Origin: Vicinamibacterales bacterium
GTDB taxonomy: Bacteria > Acidobacteriota > Vicinamibacteria > Vicinamibacterales > UBA8438
DNA length: 64,000 bases
Reading direction: 5' to 3'
Assembly: GCA_965116825.1 (NCBI GenBank)
Contig: OZ220736.1
Coordinates: 5,714,592 to 5,778,591 of the forward strand
Shown: positions 22,096-31,935 of the stretch, in pieces
Layout: each line of letters begins with the position of its first letter
Position numbering within the stretch: the first letter of the stretch is position 1
The notes under the pieces: model-generated
Told to the model about the DNA's origin: nothing
What the model saw: the letters and a program-made list of their open reading frames with translations, nothing else
Database searches by the model: none
Translations under genes and position numbers: made by a program

Positions 22096-22896
22096 TCATC
22101 CTGTCGAGCGCCCTGTGAACAGCCGGCTGTATGCCTGCCGCGTCGCCTCGACAATCTGGTCCCGGCTCGCGCCACGCACCTCCGCGAGCGTGTCGACGAC
22201 CTGCGAAACCCGCGCCGGTTCGTTGCGTCGCCCACGGAAAGGAACCGGTGACAAATACGGCGCATCGGTCTCGACGAGCAGGCGATCCGCGGGCACGATC
22301 GCGGCCGCCTCGCGAATCGCCGCCGCGTTGCGGAACGTGACGATGCCGGAGAACGACACGTGAAAGTCGAGGTCGAGCGCCTGGCGTGCGAACGCGGCAT
22401 CCCCGGTGAAGCAGTGGAAGACTCCCTTCACGTCACCGCCCCCCTCCGCACGAACGGCGTCGAGCGTGTCCGCGTCAGCCTCCCGCGTGTGGATCACGAT
22501 CGGCAACGCCAGATCGCGCGCCATTGCTATCTGCCGCCGGAAGACCTCGATCTGCGTGTGGGGCGGCGCGAAGTCGTAGTGGTAGTCGAGTCCGATCTCG
22601 CCGACCGCGCACGCCCCGCCCCGCGTAGCGAGTAGCCGGCGCACGAAAGGCGCGACGCCATCGAGTCCCCCCGCCGCCTCGTCGACCGCTCCCGCCTGGT
22701 GCGGATGCACGCCGACCGCGAAAGCAGCGTCCGGCCAGATCTCGGCAACGCCGTCCGCGCGGCGCGCCTCGTCTTCGTTCAGCGCGTCGAGGATGCACAG
22801 GGCGCCGTCCACACCGGCGGTGCGCGCGCGCTCGACCACCGCACCGAGGTCCGCGGCGAACTGCTCGTCGGCCAGATGGCAATGCGAATCGATCAT
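22096..22896 (-). CDS. tatD: TatD-family hydrolase
   Basis: IDSHCHL, GVHPH, VGEIGLDY, IHTREA, HCFTG, ETDAPY. Confidence 0.93.
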   Translation of the reverse strand: MIDSHCHLADEQFAADLGAVVERARTAGVDGALCILDALNEDEARRADGVAEIWPDAAFAVGVHPHQAGAVDEAAGGLDGVAPFVRRLLATRGGACAVGEIGLDYHYDFAPPHTQIEVFRRQIAMARDLALPIVIHTREADADTLDAVRAEGGGDVKGVFHCFTGDAAFARQALDLDFHVSFSGIVTFRNAAAIREAAAIVPADRLLVETDAPYLSPVPFRGRRNEPARVSQVVDTLAEVRGASRDQIVEATRQAYSRLFTGRSTG

Positions 22897-25013
22897 CGGA
22901 TCGCCGATCCCGCGGGGGCGCGCTCCGGATCGTCCGGGATCAGGAGCACCGGCTGCCCGGCCGCGTCGAGGGCCGCGAGGACCATGCCGTTCGACTCGAT
23001 CCCCATCAGCTTCGCCGGCTGCAGGTTCGCCACGAACACGACGTGCCGTCCCACGAGCGTCTCCGGCTCGTAGGCCTTCGCGATGCCGGCGACGACCTGT
23101 CGCACGCCGGCGCCGTCGTCGATCTCCAGGCGCACGAGCTTCTTCGACTTCCGCACCGCCTCGGCCGTCACGACGCGTCCGACGCGGAGCTCGACCTTCG
23201 CGAACTCGTCTATCGAAATGCGCGGCGTTTCCGGCGCCTGGGGCGCAGCCGCCTCCCCGGTCGCGGCACCCTCGCCGACTGGCGCCGAACCGCCGGTCTC
23301 CGGCTGGGGCGGGGCCGCGGCAGGTGCCGCTTCGCCCGCGCCCGGTTGTTCACTGTCGTTCATCGTCCGCTGCTCCCTCCGTTGCGCGCCGGCGCCGGCA
23401 TCGGCCGCCACCCGCACCTTCCGCCCGACCGCCCCCCTCGGCGGTGGGGCCTTCCGTTGCACTCCGGTCTCTACGTTCGACGCGGCACGGTCGGGATCGA
23501 GCCGCGGCCAGAGCGGATCGCCCTTCACGACCTGCCGTTCCGCACCCGGCGGCGTAGTCCAGACCGCGTCGCGGTCGAGGTTCAGGCCGGGATCGACGAC
23601 CGGCGCCCCGACCCGCGCCAGCACTTCCCGGCACGAGCTGGGCATCACCGGCGCGAGCAGCACCGCTGCAATCCGCACCGCTTCGCTCACGTCGCACAAC
23701 TGCCGGTCGAGCTCCGCCGCACGCGCCGGATCCCGCGCCGTCGCCCACGGCTCGACCGCCGCGATGTACTCGTTCGCGGCGTCGACGAGCTGAAACGCCG
23801 CCGCCACGCCGCCGTGGAGCGCGAAGGCGTCCATCGCGTCACGGTAGGCTGTCACGACCGCGCCCGCCGTCTCGGCCAGCGGGCCCGGCGCGCTCGACGG
23901 GGCCACCAGCCGCCCCTTGCGGTAGCGGTGGGCCATCGACGCCAGCCGCGACACGAGATTGCCGAAGTTGTTCGCCAGATCGACGTTGTAGCGCTCCTCG
24001 AACCGATCCCAGGTGAAGTCTCCGTCCTGGCCGAACGCGATCTCCTTGGTCAGATACAGCCGCAACGGATCCGGTCCCAAGCGATCCGCCGCCTCCAGCG
24101 GATCGACCACTGTCCCCAGGGACTTGCTCATCTTCTGCCCCTGCCAGTGCACCCAGCCGTGGCCGAAGACGCGGCGCGGCAGCGGCAGCCCCGCGCTCAT
24201 CAGCATCGCGGGCCAGAACACGCAGTGGAAGCGGGTGATGTCCTTGCCGATGACGTGCAGATCGGCCGGCCACCAGGTCTCGAACAGCGCGTCGTCGGCG
24301 CCGTACCCAACCCCCGAGACATAGTTGATGAGCGCATCGACCCAGACGTAGATCACGCTGTCGGGATCCGCCGGCACCGGGATGCCCCACGCCTGGCCGG
24401 TGCGGCTCATCGAGATGTCGTCGAGCCCCGACTCGAGCAGCCGGAGCATCTCGTTGCGGCGGATCTCCGGCTGCAGGAACTCCGGGTGCGCGGCGTAGTG
24501 ATCCAGCAGGGGTTGCCGGTACTTCGACAGGCGGAAGAAGTGGTTCTTCTCCTTGATCCACTGCGGCGGCTTCCCGTGCACGGGGCAGTTGCCGTCCTCG
24601 AGGTCCTTCTCCGGCTTGAACGCCTCGCACGAGACGCAGTACCAGCCCTCGTAGTAGCCGTCGTAGATGTCACCGGCTTCGGCGAGCCGCGACACCAGGG
24701 TCGTCACGCTGGTCCGGTGGCGCGCTTCCGTCGTGCGGATGAAGTCGTCGAACGAGATGTCGAGCCGCGCCCAGACGTCGCGGAACGCCGTCTCCATGCC
24801 GTCGCAGAAGGCGAGCGGCTCGACGCCGAGCTCGCGCGCGCGCTGGAAGACGTTCTGCGAGTGCTCGTCGTTGCCCATCATGAAGCGGGTCTCGACGCCG
24901 CACAACCGCTTGTAGCGGGCGATGACGTCGGCCGCAATCTTCTCGTAGGCCGTCCCCAGGTGCGGGCGGCTGTTGACGTAGTCGATCGCCGTGGTGAGAT
25001 AGAACTTCGCCAT
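22893..25013 (-). CDS. metG: Methionine--tRNA ligase with C-terminal Trbp111-like domain
   Basis: YLTTAIDYVNSRPHLG (HIGH variant HLGT), FIRTT, CVSCE..CPVH knuckle, IGKDITRFH, KMSKS, C-terminal VVFVANLQPAKLMGIESNGM. Confidence 0.96.
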   Translation of the reverse strand: MAKFYLTTAIDYVNSRPHLGTAYEKIAADVIARYKRLCGVETRFMMGNDEHSQNVFQRARELGVEPLAFCDGMETAFRDVWARLDISFDDFIRTTEARHRTSVTTLVSRLAEAGDIYDGYYEGWYCVSCEAFKPEKDLEDGNCPVHGKPPQWIKEKNHFFRLSKYRQPLLDHYAAHPEFLQPEIRRNEMLRLLESGLDDISMSRTGQAWGIPVPADPDSVIYVWVDALINYVSGVGYGADDALFETWWPADLHVIGKDITRFHCVFWPAMLMSAGLPLPRRVFGHGWVHWQGQKMSKSLGTVVDPLEAADRLGPDPLRLYLTKEIAFGQDGDFTWDRFEERYNVDLANNFGNLVSRLASMAHRYRKGRLVAPSSAPGPLAETAGAVVTAYRDAMDAFALHGGVAAAFQLVDAANEYIAAVEPWATARDPARAAELDRQLCDVSEAVRIAAVLLAPVMPSSCREVLARVGAPVVDPGLNLDRDAVWTTPPGAERQVVKGDPLWPRLDPDRAASNVETGVQRKAPPPRGAVGRKVRVAADAGAGAQRREQRTMNDSEQPGAGEAAPAAAPPQPETGGSAPVGEGAATGEAAAPQAPETPRISIDEFAKVELRVGRVVTAEAVRKSKKLVRLEIDDGAGVRQVVAGIAKAYEPETLVGRHVVFVANLQPAKLMGIESNGMVLAALDAAGQPVLLIPDDPERAPAGSAIR

Positions 25014-25017
25014 CGCG

Positions 25018-26328
25018 TCAGGGAGCGGTTTCCGGGTTGCCGTCGAGCCACGCCTTGACGGCGATGGCCTGCACTTCCTTGATGGAGAGCCGGCGCTCTG
25101 CGGCCAGCCGCGCGCAGTCCTCGAACTCCGGCGCCGCGTTGCGAATCGCGCCGTCGCGCCGCGCCACCTTGATGCGGACCGGGCCCACCGGCGTCTCGAC
25201 GGCTACCGCCTCCCGGTCGAGCCGCTCGCGCTCGGTCTCGGTCACCCGCAGGCCGATGGTGGTCGACTCGCGGAACAGGATGTCGGACAGCGCCTCGCGG
25301 CGCCCCGGCGGCGCCACCACGGTAACCAGCGTGCCGGGGCGGTTCTTCTTCATCTGGATCGGCGCGTAGAAGACGTCGAGGGCACCGGCGGCGGCCAGAC
25401 GATCCATCAGCACGCCGTAAATCTGCGGGTTCATGTCGTCGATCTGGCACTCGAGAACGACGACGCGCTCGCACGCGCCGGTCCCGGCGCCCTCCCCCAG
25501 CAGCGCGCGCAGCACGTTGGGGCGCCCGGCCGGATTCCGGTCGCCCGCACCGTAGCCTATCCGTTCGACGCGCATCGGCGGCGCCGGGCCGTAGGCGTCT
25601 GCGTATTCCGTCACGATGAGCGCGCCGGTCGGCGTGACCAGCTCGACCGGCGGTCCTTGCGCGTAGGTCGGAACTCCCAGCAGGAGCTCGGCCGTCGCCG
25701 GAGCCGGCACGGGCAGCTCGCCGTGCTCGCACTGCACCGTGCCCGAGCCGACGTTGAGCGGCGATGCGACGACGCGGTCGGGCGCGAGCCACTCCAGGGC
25801 GCGGACCGCCGCCACCACGTCCACGATGGAATCGACCGCTCCCACCTCGTGCAGGTGCACCGTCTCGACCGGCACCTGGTGAATGCCCGCTTCGACCTCG
25901 GCCAGACGGCGAAACAGCCTCGACGCGCGCTTCTTGCCGGCCGGCGACAGCGACGAGCGGTCGACGATGCCGTGGATCTCCGCGAGGCCGCGGTGGTGAT
26001 CGCGATCGTGGTCGTGCGAGTGCTCGTGGTCGTGCGAGTGCTCGTGGTCGTGCGAGTGCTCGTGGTCGTGCGAGTGCTCGTGGTCGTGCGAGTGCGGGCG
26101 GACGGGCGGCCGGGCGTCGGCTACCTCGCGGCCGATCGTCACGCGGAACTTCGCCGCACCGATCCCGCTCCGGTCGACGCGGTCGTTGCTCACACCGACG
26201 CCGTCGAGCCCCAGCGAGTCGACAGCCCTCTCCAGCACGCCGAACGGAACGCCCGCGTCGACGAGCGCGCCGGCAATCATGTCGCCGGATGCTCCGGAGA
26301 AGCAGTCGAGGTAGAGAATTCTGGACAT
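25018..26328 (-). CDS. larC: Nickel pincer cofactor biosynthesis protein LarC
   Basis: LYLDCFSGASGDM, His-rich tract, HLHEVGAVDSIVD, PVPAPAT, TPTGA, QIDDMNPQ, MKKNRPG, PEFEDC. Confidence 0.93.
   Translation of the reverse strand: MSRILYLDCFSGASGDMIAGALVDAGVPFGVLERAVDSLGLDGVGVSNDRVDRSGIGAAKFRVTIGREVADARPPVRPHSHDHEHSHDHEHSHDHEHSHDHEHSHDHDRDHHRGLAEIHGIVDRSSLSPAGKKRASRLFRRLAEVEAGIHQVPVETVHLHEVGAVDSIVDVVAAVRALEWLAPDRVVASPLNVGSGTVQCEHGELPVPAPATAELLLGVPTYAQGPPVELVTPTGALIVTEYADAYGPAPPMRVERIGYGAGDRNPAGRPNVLRALLGEGAGTGACERVVVLECQIDDMNPQIYGVLMDRLAAAGALDVFYAPIQMKKNRPGTLVTVVAPPGRREALSDILFRESTTIGLRVTETERERLDREAVAVETPVGPVRIKVARRDGAIRNAAPEFEDCARLAAERRLSIKEVQAIAVKAWLDGNPETAP
26006..26095. repeat. 5 x 18-bp perfect tandem repeat encoding the (HSHDHE)n tract of LarC
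   Basis: tcgtggtcgtgcgagtgc repeated five times, in frame. Confidence 0.95.
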
Positions 26329-26390
26329 CGCCCCGGGTCCGCTCGTCGCGCCGAATCGGCGACCGGTTTGTCGGTAGCCGGTCCCGCCGG

Positions 26391-27062
26391 CTACAGGCGG
26401 CCATGCTCCTTGAAACTGTAGTAGCGGGCATCGGCCAGCACCATGTGGTCCAGCACGTCGATGCCCATGATGGCCCCCGCCTCCACCAGGCGCGCCGTCA
26501 GGGCCACGTCGTCCTCGCTCGGCGTGGGGTCCCCCGACGGATGATTGTGAAACACGACGATCGCCGCCGCGCCCCCGGCGGTCGCCATCCGGAAGACCTC
26601 CCGCGGATGCGCCAGCGTCTCATCCAGCGTGCCCACCGACAGCAGCGCCGTGAGCAACACGCGGTGCCGCGCGTCGAGCTGCACCACGCCGAACTGCTCC
26701 ACCGACCGCGCCCCGTAGCGGGGCAGCAGGTAGCGCGCCATGTCGCGCGGCCCGCCCAGCCGGGTCCGCTCGTCGGGCAACGCGAGGGTGCGGCGCCCCA
26801 GCTCGATCGCCGCCATGATGCGGGCGGACATCGCCGGTCCGACGCCGGGAACCCCCTGCAGTTGCCCCTCGAGCGCGCGCGTCAACCCGTGTACTCCCCC
26901 GGCGTGGAAGAGCACCCGGTTCGCGATGTCGAGCGCGCTCTCGTGCTGGGAGCCGTGACCGAGAACCGCCGCGAGCAACTCGTTGTCCCCGAGCCCGGCC
27001 GGACCCAGTCGCCTCAGCTTCTCGCGCGGCCGATCGTGCAGAGCCAGTTGTCGTACGCTCAC
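26391..27062 (-). CDS. radC: RadC (JAB domain) protein
   Basis: RPREKL..ELLAAVL, GVGPA HhH, HPREVF, HNHPSGDPTPSEDD, LDH. Confidence 0.93.
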   Translation of the reverse strand: MSVRQLALHDRPREKLRRLGPAGLGDNELLAAVLGHGSQHESALDIANRVLFHAGGVHGLTRALEGQLQGVPGVGPAMSARIMAAIELGRRTLALPDERTRLGGPRDMARYLLPRYGARSVEQFGVVQLDARHRVLLTALLSVGTLDETLAHPREVFRMATAGGAAAIVVFHNHPSGDPTPSEDDVALTARLVEAGAIMGIDVLDHMVLADARYYSFKEHGRL

Positions 27063-27106
27063 GCGGCAAGCACATTCAATCCGCGTGCCGCATGCGTTCG
27101 ATCGTA

Positions 27107-27961
27107 CTACACACCCGCCGGCGGAAGCGGCGGGACCCAGCGGCCGCGGGCGACGATGTCAGCCCACCCGGTCAGCCGGATCTCCTGCTCCGTCCAGTCG
27201 ACGCGCTGCGCGCCGCCCGGCGATATTACGTCGGCGCTCCGGGCCGCGCCGCCGTAGCGGGCCGCCGCCACCGCCGCCGCGCACGCTCCCGTGCCCGAGG
27301 CGAGCGTCGGCCCGACTCCCCGCTCCCAGATGCGTATCCGAATCCGATCCGGACGCTCGACGGTCGCGAACTCCACGTTGGTCCCTTCGGGAAACCGATC
27401 GTGCGTCGCCAGCAGCCGCCCCAGACGCCGGAATCGGCTCTCGGCCTCTTCCATCGAAGGCGACAGCACGACGCACTGCGGGTTGCCGACGGACAGCACC
27501 ACGACGCGCACGCGCTCGCCGCCGACGGCCAGCTCTTCCTCGCGCAACCCGCGTGGCCGCCCCATGCCGGCGCGAAAGGTATAGCGGGGCGGCTCCGCGC
27601 GCAGCAGCGCCAGGGTCTTGAGCCCTCCTTCCGTTTCGATCTCGAGGGAACCCGCGGTCGCGCCGGCCGCGTCGCCGGAAACGGAATCGACCAGCAGCGC
27701 ACCCAGGCAACGCACGCCGTTGCCGGACACCTCGGCCCGGCTCCCGTCGGCGTTGAGCAGCCGCATCGTCGCTCCGGCGGGCGTCGGACGGTAGACGATC
27801 AGGCCGTCCGCGCCGACCCCGTGCTGCCGCCGGCAGATGTCCCGCGCCAGGCCGTCGAGCGCCGCGTCGCCGACCTCTCCCTCCTCGACGAAGAGGAAGT
27901 CGTTGCCGTAGGCGTGCGCCTTGACGAATCCCACCGCCGCGCGGGGCTGTCGTGCGTTCAA
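27107..27961 (-). CDS. dapF: Diaminopimelate epimerase-like protein, Ser/Ser active-site variant
   Basis: KAHAYGNDF, GVGADG, NADGSRAEVSGNGVRC, GNPQ, NVEF, WERGVGPTLASGTGACA. TTG start overlaps the upstream stop (approximate). Confidence 0.85.
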   Translation of the reverse strand: MNARQPRAAVGFVKAHAYGNDFLFVEEGEVGDAALDGLARDICRRQHGVGADGLIVYRPTPAGATMRLLNADGSRAEVSGNGVRCLGALLVDSVSGDAAGATAGSLEIETEGGLKTLALLRAEPPRYTFRAGMGRPRGLREEELAVGGERVRVVVLSVGNPQCVVLSPSMEEAESRFRRLGRLLATHDRFPEGTNVEFATVERPDRIRIRIWERGVGPTLASGTGACAAAVAAARYGGAARSADVISPGGAQRVDWTEQEIRLTGWADIVARGRWVPPLPPAGV

Positions 27962-28812
27962 GGCAGCTCCAGCGCGCGGAAGACCCACGTCAGCCCCGTG
28001 GTCACCCCGAGTCCGGCGTCCCGTGCCGTGAGGCCGGCCACCAGCGCCGCGTCCACCCGGACTAGGCCGCGTGTGAAGCGCGCGCCGAAACGGACGTAGC
28101 CGGAGCTGTCCGTCCCGGGCGGCGGCGTGCCGGACCGCGTATTCGCGCGACCGTTCACCTCACCGACGATTTCCGCGCCTTCCGCGAACGCCCGGGCGAA
28201 GGAAACGCCGTAGGTCAGCACGTCGTTCTGCCGATCCCCGCGGGTCGGGTCGCTCAGAATCCCCAGCCCGACGTTCCCCACCACGCGGAGCGACCGAATC
28301 GTCTTGCCGACCAGCAGCGAGTTGTAGAAGTCCATCGTATCGAGCCCGATCCCCTCCTCGTTGCCGGCGTTCGGCAGCTTGGTGGCGAATCGGAGCGCGA
28401 TCCCCGGTCGCACCGCCCCCTCGGACAAGAGACGGGTCTTGGCGCCGACGACCGTATCGGACCAGCTCGACGTGCGGTCGCCGCTGACGCGCAACAGGTG
28501 CGAGAGCGGCGCATCCGCCCGGCCGGTGATGTTCAGCATGTCGTAGGACACGTTGTCGATCTGCACCTCGGCGATCGAGCTCACGCCGATGCTGACGCCG
28601 AAGCGGGGGACGCTCCGGAGATCGCCGGTCAGGCCCGACACGGGAAAGTGCTGATCCTTCTGGTAGTCGAACCCGGCCTCGACCAGCACGAGGCCGCTGC
28701 CGATGGACTCCGGATCCTCGGTCACGAGCGGCCGTTGCTGGGCGGCCGCCGGCGCAGTACAGATGAGCAGGGCGAGCACGACGATTGCGGGAGCCACGGG
28801 TCGAAGACGCAT
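27958..28812 (-). CDS. Exported protein, probable outer-membrane beta-barrel
   Basis: Signal peptide AAA|QQRPLVTEDP; alternating amphipathic beta-strand pattern; C-terminal GLTWVF. Confidence 0.65.
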   Translation of the reverse strand: MRLRPVAPAIVVLALLICTAPAAAQQRPLVTEDPESIGSGLVLVEAGFDYQKDQHFPVSGLTGDLRSVPRFGVSIGVSSIAEVQIDNVSYDMLNITGRADAPLSHLLRVSGDRTSSWSDTVVGAKTRLLSEGAVRPGIALRFATKLPNAGNEEGIGLDTMDFYNSLLVGKTIRSLRVVGNVGLGILSDPTRGDRQNDVLTYGVSFARAFAEGAEIVGEVNGRANTRSGTPPPGTDSSGYVRFGARFTRGLVRVDAALVAGLTARDAGLGVTTGLTWVFRALELP

Positions 28813-28844
28813 CCGGTGATTCTAGCCCGGCACTCGTCGCCTCC

Positions 28845-28908
28845 GGCTCCGGTTGCCGCCCAGCCAGGCCTGTCCAGGAGTCTGCACCGTCGCTACGGCG
28901 CAGCCCCC
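28845..28908 (+). repeat. Dispersed intergenic palindromic repeat, copy 3
   Basis: ggctccggttgccgcccagccaggcctgtccaggagtctgcaccgtcgctacggcgcag; supplies the stop codon of the CPBP ORF. Confidence 0.7.
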
Positions 28909-29504
28909 CGGCCTCTCGGCCTGCTCTCCCGCCCCGCGACGGCCGCGCACTCGCCTCCCCCTCGGATGTACGCCAGCGCCGCGGCATCGTAGAGCGCGTG
29001 CGCGACGATCGGCGCCAGCAGACCGCCCGTCGCCGCCGCCAGCCACCCGAGCGCCGCGCCCATCAACGCCACCCAGCAACCGAAGGCCAGCGTGCCGCGC
29101 CCGCCCGTGTGCAGCACGCCGAAGATCAGGCTGGCAGGAATCAGCCCGAGCTCCGGCTGCAGCACACCGCGGAACAGCAGTTCCTCGCCAATGCCGGCGG
29201 CGAGGGATATCACGACGACCTCGCGCGTGCCGATGCCGGCGAAAGCCGGCTTCAGCAGGTCGCGGTACACGCGGCGGATGGCGCGCACGGGCCGGATCGC
29301 CGGCGCGCGGCACAACAGGGCGTGATTGACGATGGCGAGGGCGGCGGCGGCAGCCGTCCCGGCGGCCAGGTCACGGGGCCACGGACCGCCTGCCAGGTTC
29401 AGCGGAAGGCCCCGGTAGCGCGCCCAGCCCACGGCCACCACGACCAGCAGCAGCTCGCCGGCCAGAGCCATCCGCAGCAGGGAGATCGACGACGAGCGCT
29501 CCAT
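28893..29504 (-). CDS. CPBP (Abi/CAAX-like) intramembrane metalloprotease
   Basis: GEELLFRG, FGVLH, HALYD motifs; multiple TM helices. Confidence 0.9.
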   Translation of the reverse strand: MERSSSISLLRMALAGELLLVVVAVGWARYRGLPLNLAGGPWPRDLAAGTAAAAALAIVNHALLCRAPAIRPVRAIRRVYRDLLKPAFAGIGTREVVVISLAAGIGEELLFRGVLQPELGLIPASLIFGVLHTGGRGTLAFGCWVALMGAALGWLAAATGGLLAPIVAHALYDAAALAYIRGGGECAAVAGRESRPRGRGAAP

Positions 29505-29542
29505 CAGAGTACCGTCAGGCTCCCGGCTTCTTCAGCGGGGGT

Positions 29543-29992
29543 TCAGAAGACTCGTTCACTGTCGAGAAGCACGGTGACCGGCCCGTCGTTGACCAGATCG
29601 ACCTCCATCATCGCCCGGAACTCGCCGGTCTGCACCGGCAGACCATCCTGCCGGAGCCGCTCGACGACGGCCTCGTACAGGGCGCTGGCCCGCTCGGGGG
29701 CAGCCGCCTCGGTGTACGAAGGCCGCCGACCGCGCCGGCAGTCACCCAGAAGCGTGAACTGCGATACGACGAGCACGGCGCCGCCGACCTCGGCCACCGA
29801 GAGATTCATCTTTCCGGCCGTGTCGGTGAACAGGCGCAAATTCCCGATCTTGCCGGCAACGTAGGCCACGTCCTCTTCCGTATCCGCGCGGCCTACTCCG
29901 AGCAGTACGAGGAGCCCCTGCCCCACCGTGCCGACGACCCGCCGGTCGACGGTCACCGAGGCGCGCCGCACGCGCTGCACTACCGCCCGCAT
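29543..29992 (-). CDS. dtd: D-aminoacyl-tRNA deacylase
   Basis: [26 protein letters not shown]. Confidence 0.96.
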   Translation of the reverse strand: MRAVVQRVRRASVTVDRRVVGTVGQGLLVLLGVGRADTEEDVAYVAGKIGNLRLFTDTAGKMNLSVAEVGGAVLVVSQFTLLGDCRRGRRPSYTEAAAPERASALYEAVVERLRQDGLPVQTGEFRAMMEVDLVNDGPVTVLLDSERVF

Positions 29993-30029
29993 GACGCTGC
30001 TCGACGCGCGGCGCGGGGCCGCCCGGAGG

Positions 30030-30860
30030 TCACGACGTCGCCGCACCCTCCCGAACCGGCGCAGGCATGTCGACCGGAAGACCGTTCGTGGCGCGCAACT
30101 CGCCGGGGGGGTTCAGACGCGTGTCCAGCAGATGCCGTGGAGCGACGTTGCCAAGCGCCTTCAGCATCGAGCTCTTCACGCCCGGATGCTCGCGCTCGAG
30201 GTCCAGCAGCCAGCGCTTGATGCGCTGCCGCTTCAGACTGAGGTCGCCGCAGACCGGACAGCAGCAGCCGATGACCTCCAGCTTGCATTCACGCGTATAC
30301 GCGCGCGCCTCGTCCTCCGTCACGTAGACCAGCGGCCGGATGACGACGTGCCGCCCGTCGTCGGAGACCAGCCGCGCCGGCATCGCCTTCAGCGAGCCAG
30401 CGAAGAGCAGATTCAGCAGCAACGTCTCGACGAAGTCGTCGGCGTGGTGTCCCAGGGCGATCTTCGTCGCGCCCACCTCGGCCGCGATCCGGTACAGCAC
30501 CCCCCGCCGCAGTCGTGCGCAGAGCGAGCACGGAGTCGCGTCGGCATCGAGCACGTCGTCCATGATGTCGCCGATCGACGTATGCTCGATGCGATACTCC
30601 CAGCCGCGCGCCGCACAGGTGCGGGCGATGACCTCGTGCTTGTACGCGGCGTAGCCCGAATCGACGTTGACGGCCACCAGCGAGAAGTCGACCGGGGCGC
30701 GGCGGCGCAGCACGTCGAGCAGGTTCATCAGCGCCCAACTGTCCTTGCCGCCGGACAGGCCGACCATCACGCGGTCGCCCTCCTCGACGAGGTCGAACGT
30801 CTTGATCGCACGGGTAGCCTTGCGGGCGAGCCGGGCTTCGAGGTTGCTCCGATAGGGCAT
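30030..30860 (-). CDS. ttcA: tRNA 2-thiocytidine(32) synthetase
   Basis: PP-loop [31 protein letters not shown]. Confidence 0.93.
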   Translation of the reverse strand: MPYRSNLEARLARKATRAIKTFDLVEEGDRVMVGLSGGKDSWALMNLLDVLRRRAPVDFSLVAVNVDSGYAAYKHEVIARTCAARGWEYRIEHTSIGDIMDDVLDADATPCSLCARLRRGVLYRIAAEVGATKIALGHHADDFVETLLLNLLFAGSLKAMPARLVSDDGRHVVIRPLVYVTEDEARAYTRECKLEVIGCCCPVCGDLSLKRQRIKRWLLDLEREHPGVKSSMLKALGNVAPRHLLDTRLNPPGELRATNGLPVDMPAPVREGAATS

Positions 30861-31011
30861 GCGACGACCGCCGTCCAGTCTACCACCGGCCCGCCGCCAA
30901 TACTCGACCGAGGAGCAACGCCGTCCCGGCGGGGTGCATCGCCGCTCGAATGCGGCGCGGATCTCGCCACGGCTGTTGAATTAAGCTCTGCCAGAAGGCA
31001 CGGGAGATACC

Positions 31012-31809
31012 TTGAACGAACCGACTTCCCCGCCGGACGGGCGCCGCGCCACGACGCCCTCCGAGCGCGAGATCACCGTCATCCAGAAGGAGCTGTTCGA
31101 GCCGGGTCGTTCCAAGGCCGCACGGTACGCCCAGCTCGTCATCGGTCGGCCGGGGCTGTGGGCCCTGTTCAAGTACGAGGCGATCGTGACCCTCTGCGGC
31201 GTCCTTCCCGGCGCGCTCGGGCTTCTGCTGCGCTCGAAGCTGTACCCGCTGTTGCTCGGCCGCGCCGGCCGCAACGTCACGTTCGGCGTCAACGTGGTGC
31301 TTCGACATCCCCACAAGATCCGGATCGGGGACGACGTGGTGATCGACGACGGCTGCTGCCTCGACGCGAAGGGGGCCGACAACCGCGGCATCGACATCGG
31401 AACCGGCGTCTTCATCGGGCGGGGAACCATTCTGAGCTGCAAGAACGGCGACATCGTGATCGACGACCATGCGAGCATCGGCTTCAACTGCGAGATCTTC
31501 TCGGGCGGTCGCGTCCGACTCGGCAAGCACACCCTGGTGGCGGCGTATACGTATCTCGTCGGTGGAGACCATACCCACGATCGAACCGACACGCCCGTGC
31601 TCTACCAGGAAAGGGTCGCCAGGGGGATCGAAGTGGACGACAACGTCTGGCTCGGCGCGCACGTCGTCGTCGCCGACGGGGTGGCCATCGGACGGGACGC
31701 GATCGTCGGGGCCGGAGCCGTCGTGCGCCATCGGATCCCGCCGTTTGCCGTCGCCGCCGGCGTGCCCGCCCGGGTCGTCAGGGACCGGCGGGACGACTCG
31801 CGGGCGTGA
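31012..31809 (+). CDS. Hexapeptide-repeat (left-handed beta-helix) acyltransferase
   Basis: IGDDVVID, IGTGVFIG, VDDNVWLGA, IGRDAIVGAGAVV, AGVPARVV. Confidence 0.9.
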   Translation: MNEPTSPPDGRRATTPSEREITVIQKELFEPGRSKAARYAQLVIGRPGLWALFKYEAIVTLCGVLPGALGLLLRSKLYPLLLGRAGRNVTFGVNVVLRHPHKIRIGDDVVIDDGCCLDAKGADNRGIDIGTGVFIGRGTILSCKNGDIVIDDHASIGFNCEIFSGGRVRLGKHTLVAAYTYLVGGDHTHDRTDTPVLYQERVARGIEVDDNVWLGAHVVVADGVAIGRDAIVGAGAVVRHRIPPFAVAAGVPARVVRDRRDDSRA

Positions 31810-31935
31810 AACGGGCCTCACCGAACGGCCCTGGAACCGGCGTCGTGTAGGATATTCGGGCGGGATCACGATTCAGCCCAAACGTCCGTCCCCGCCGAAG
31901 GAAACCATCGTTCGAAACCTTGCGTCGGACACGAA

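Noticed and set aside
26006..26095. Regular repeat as a possible CRISPR array
   Set aside because: No spacers; an in-frame coding tandem repeat; no cas genes in the window.
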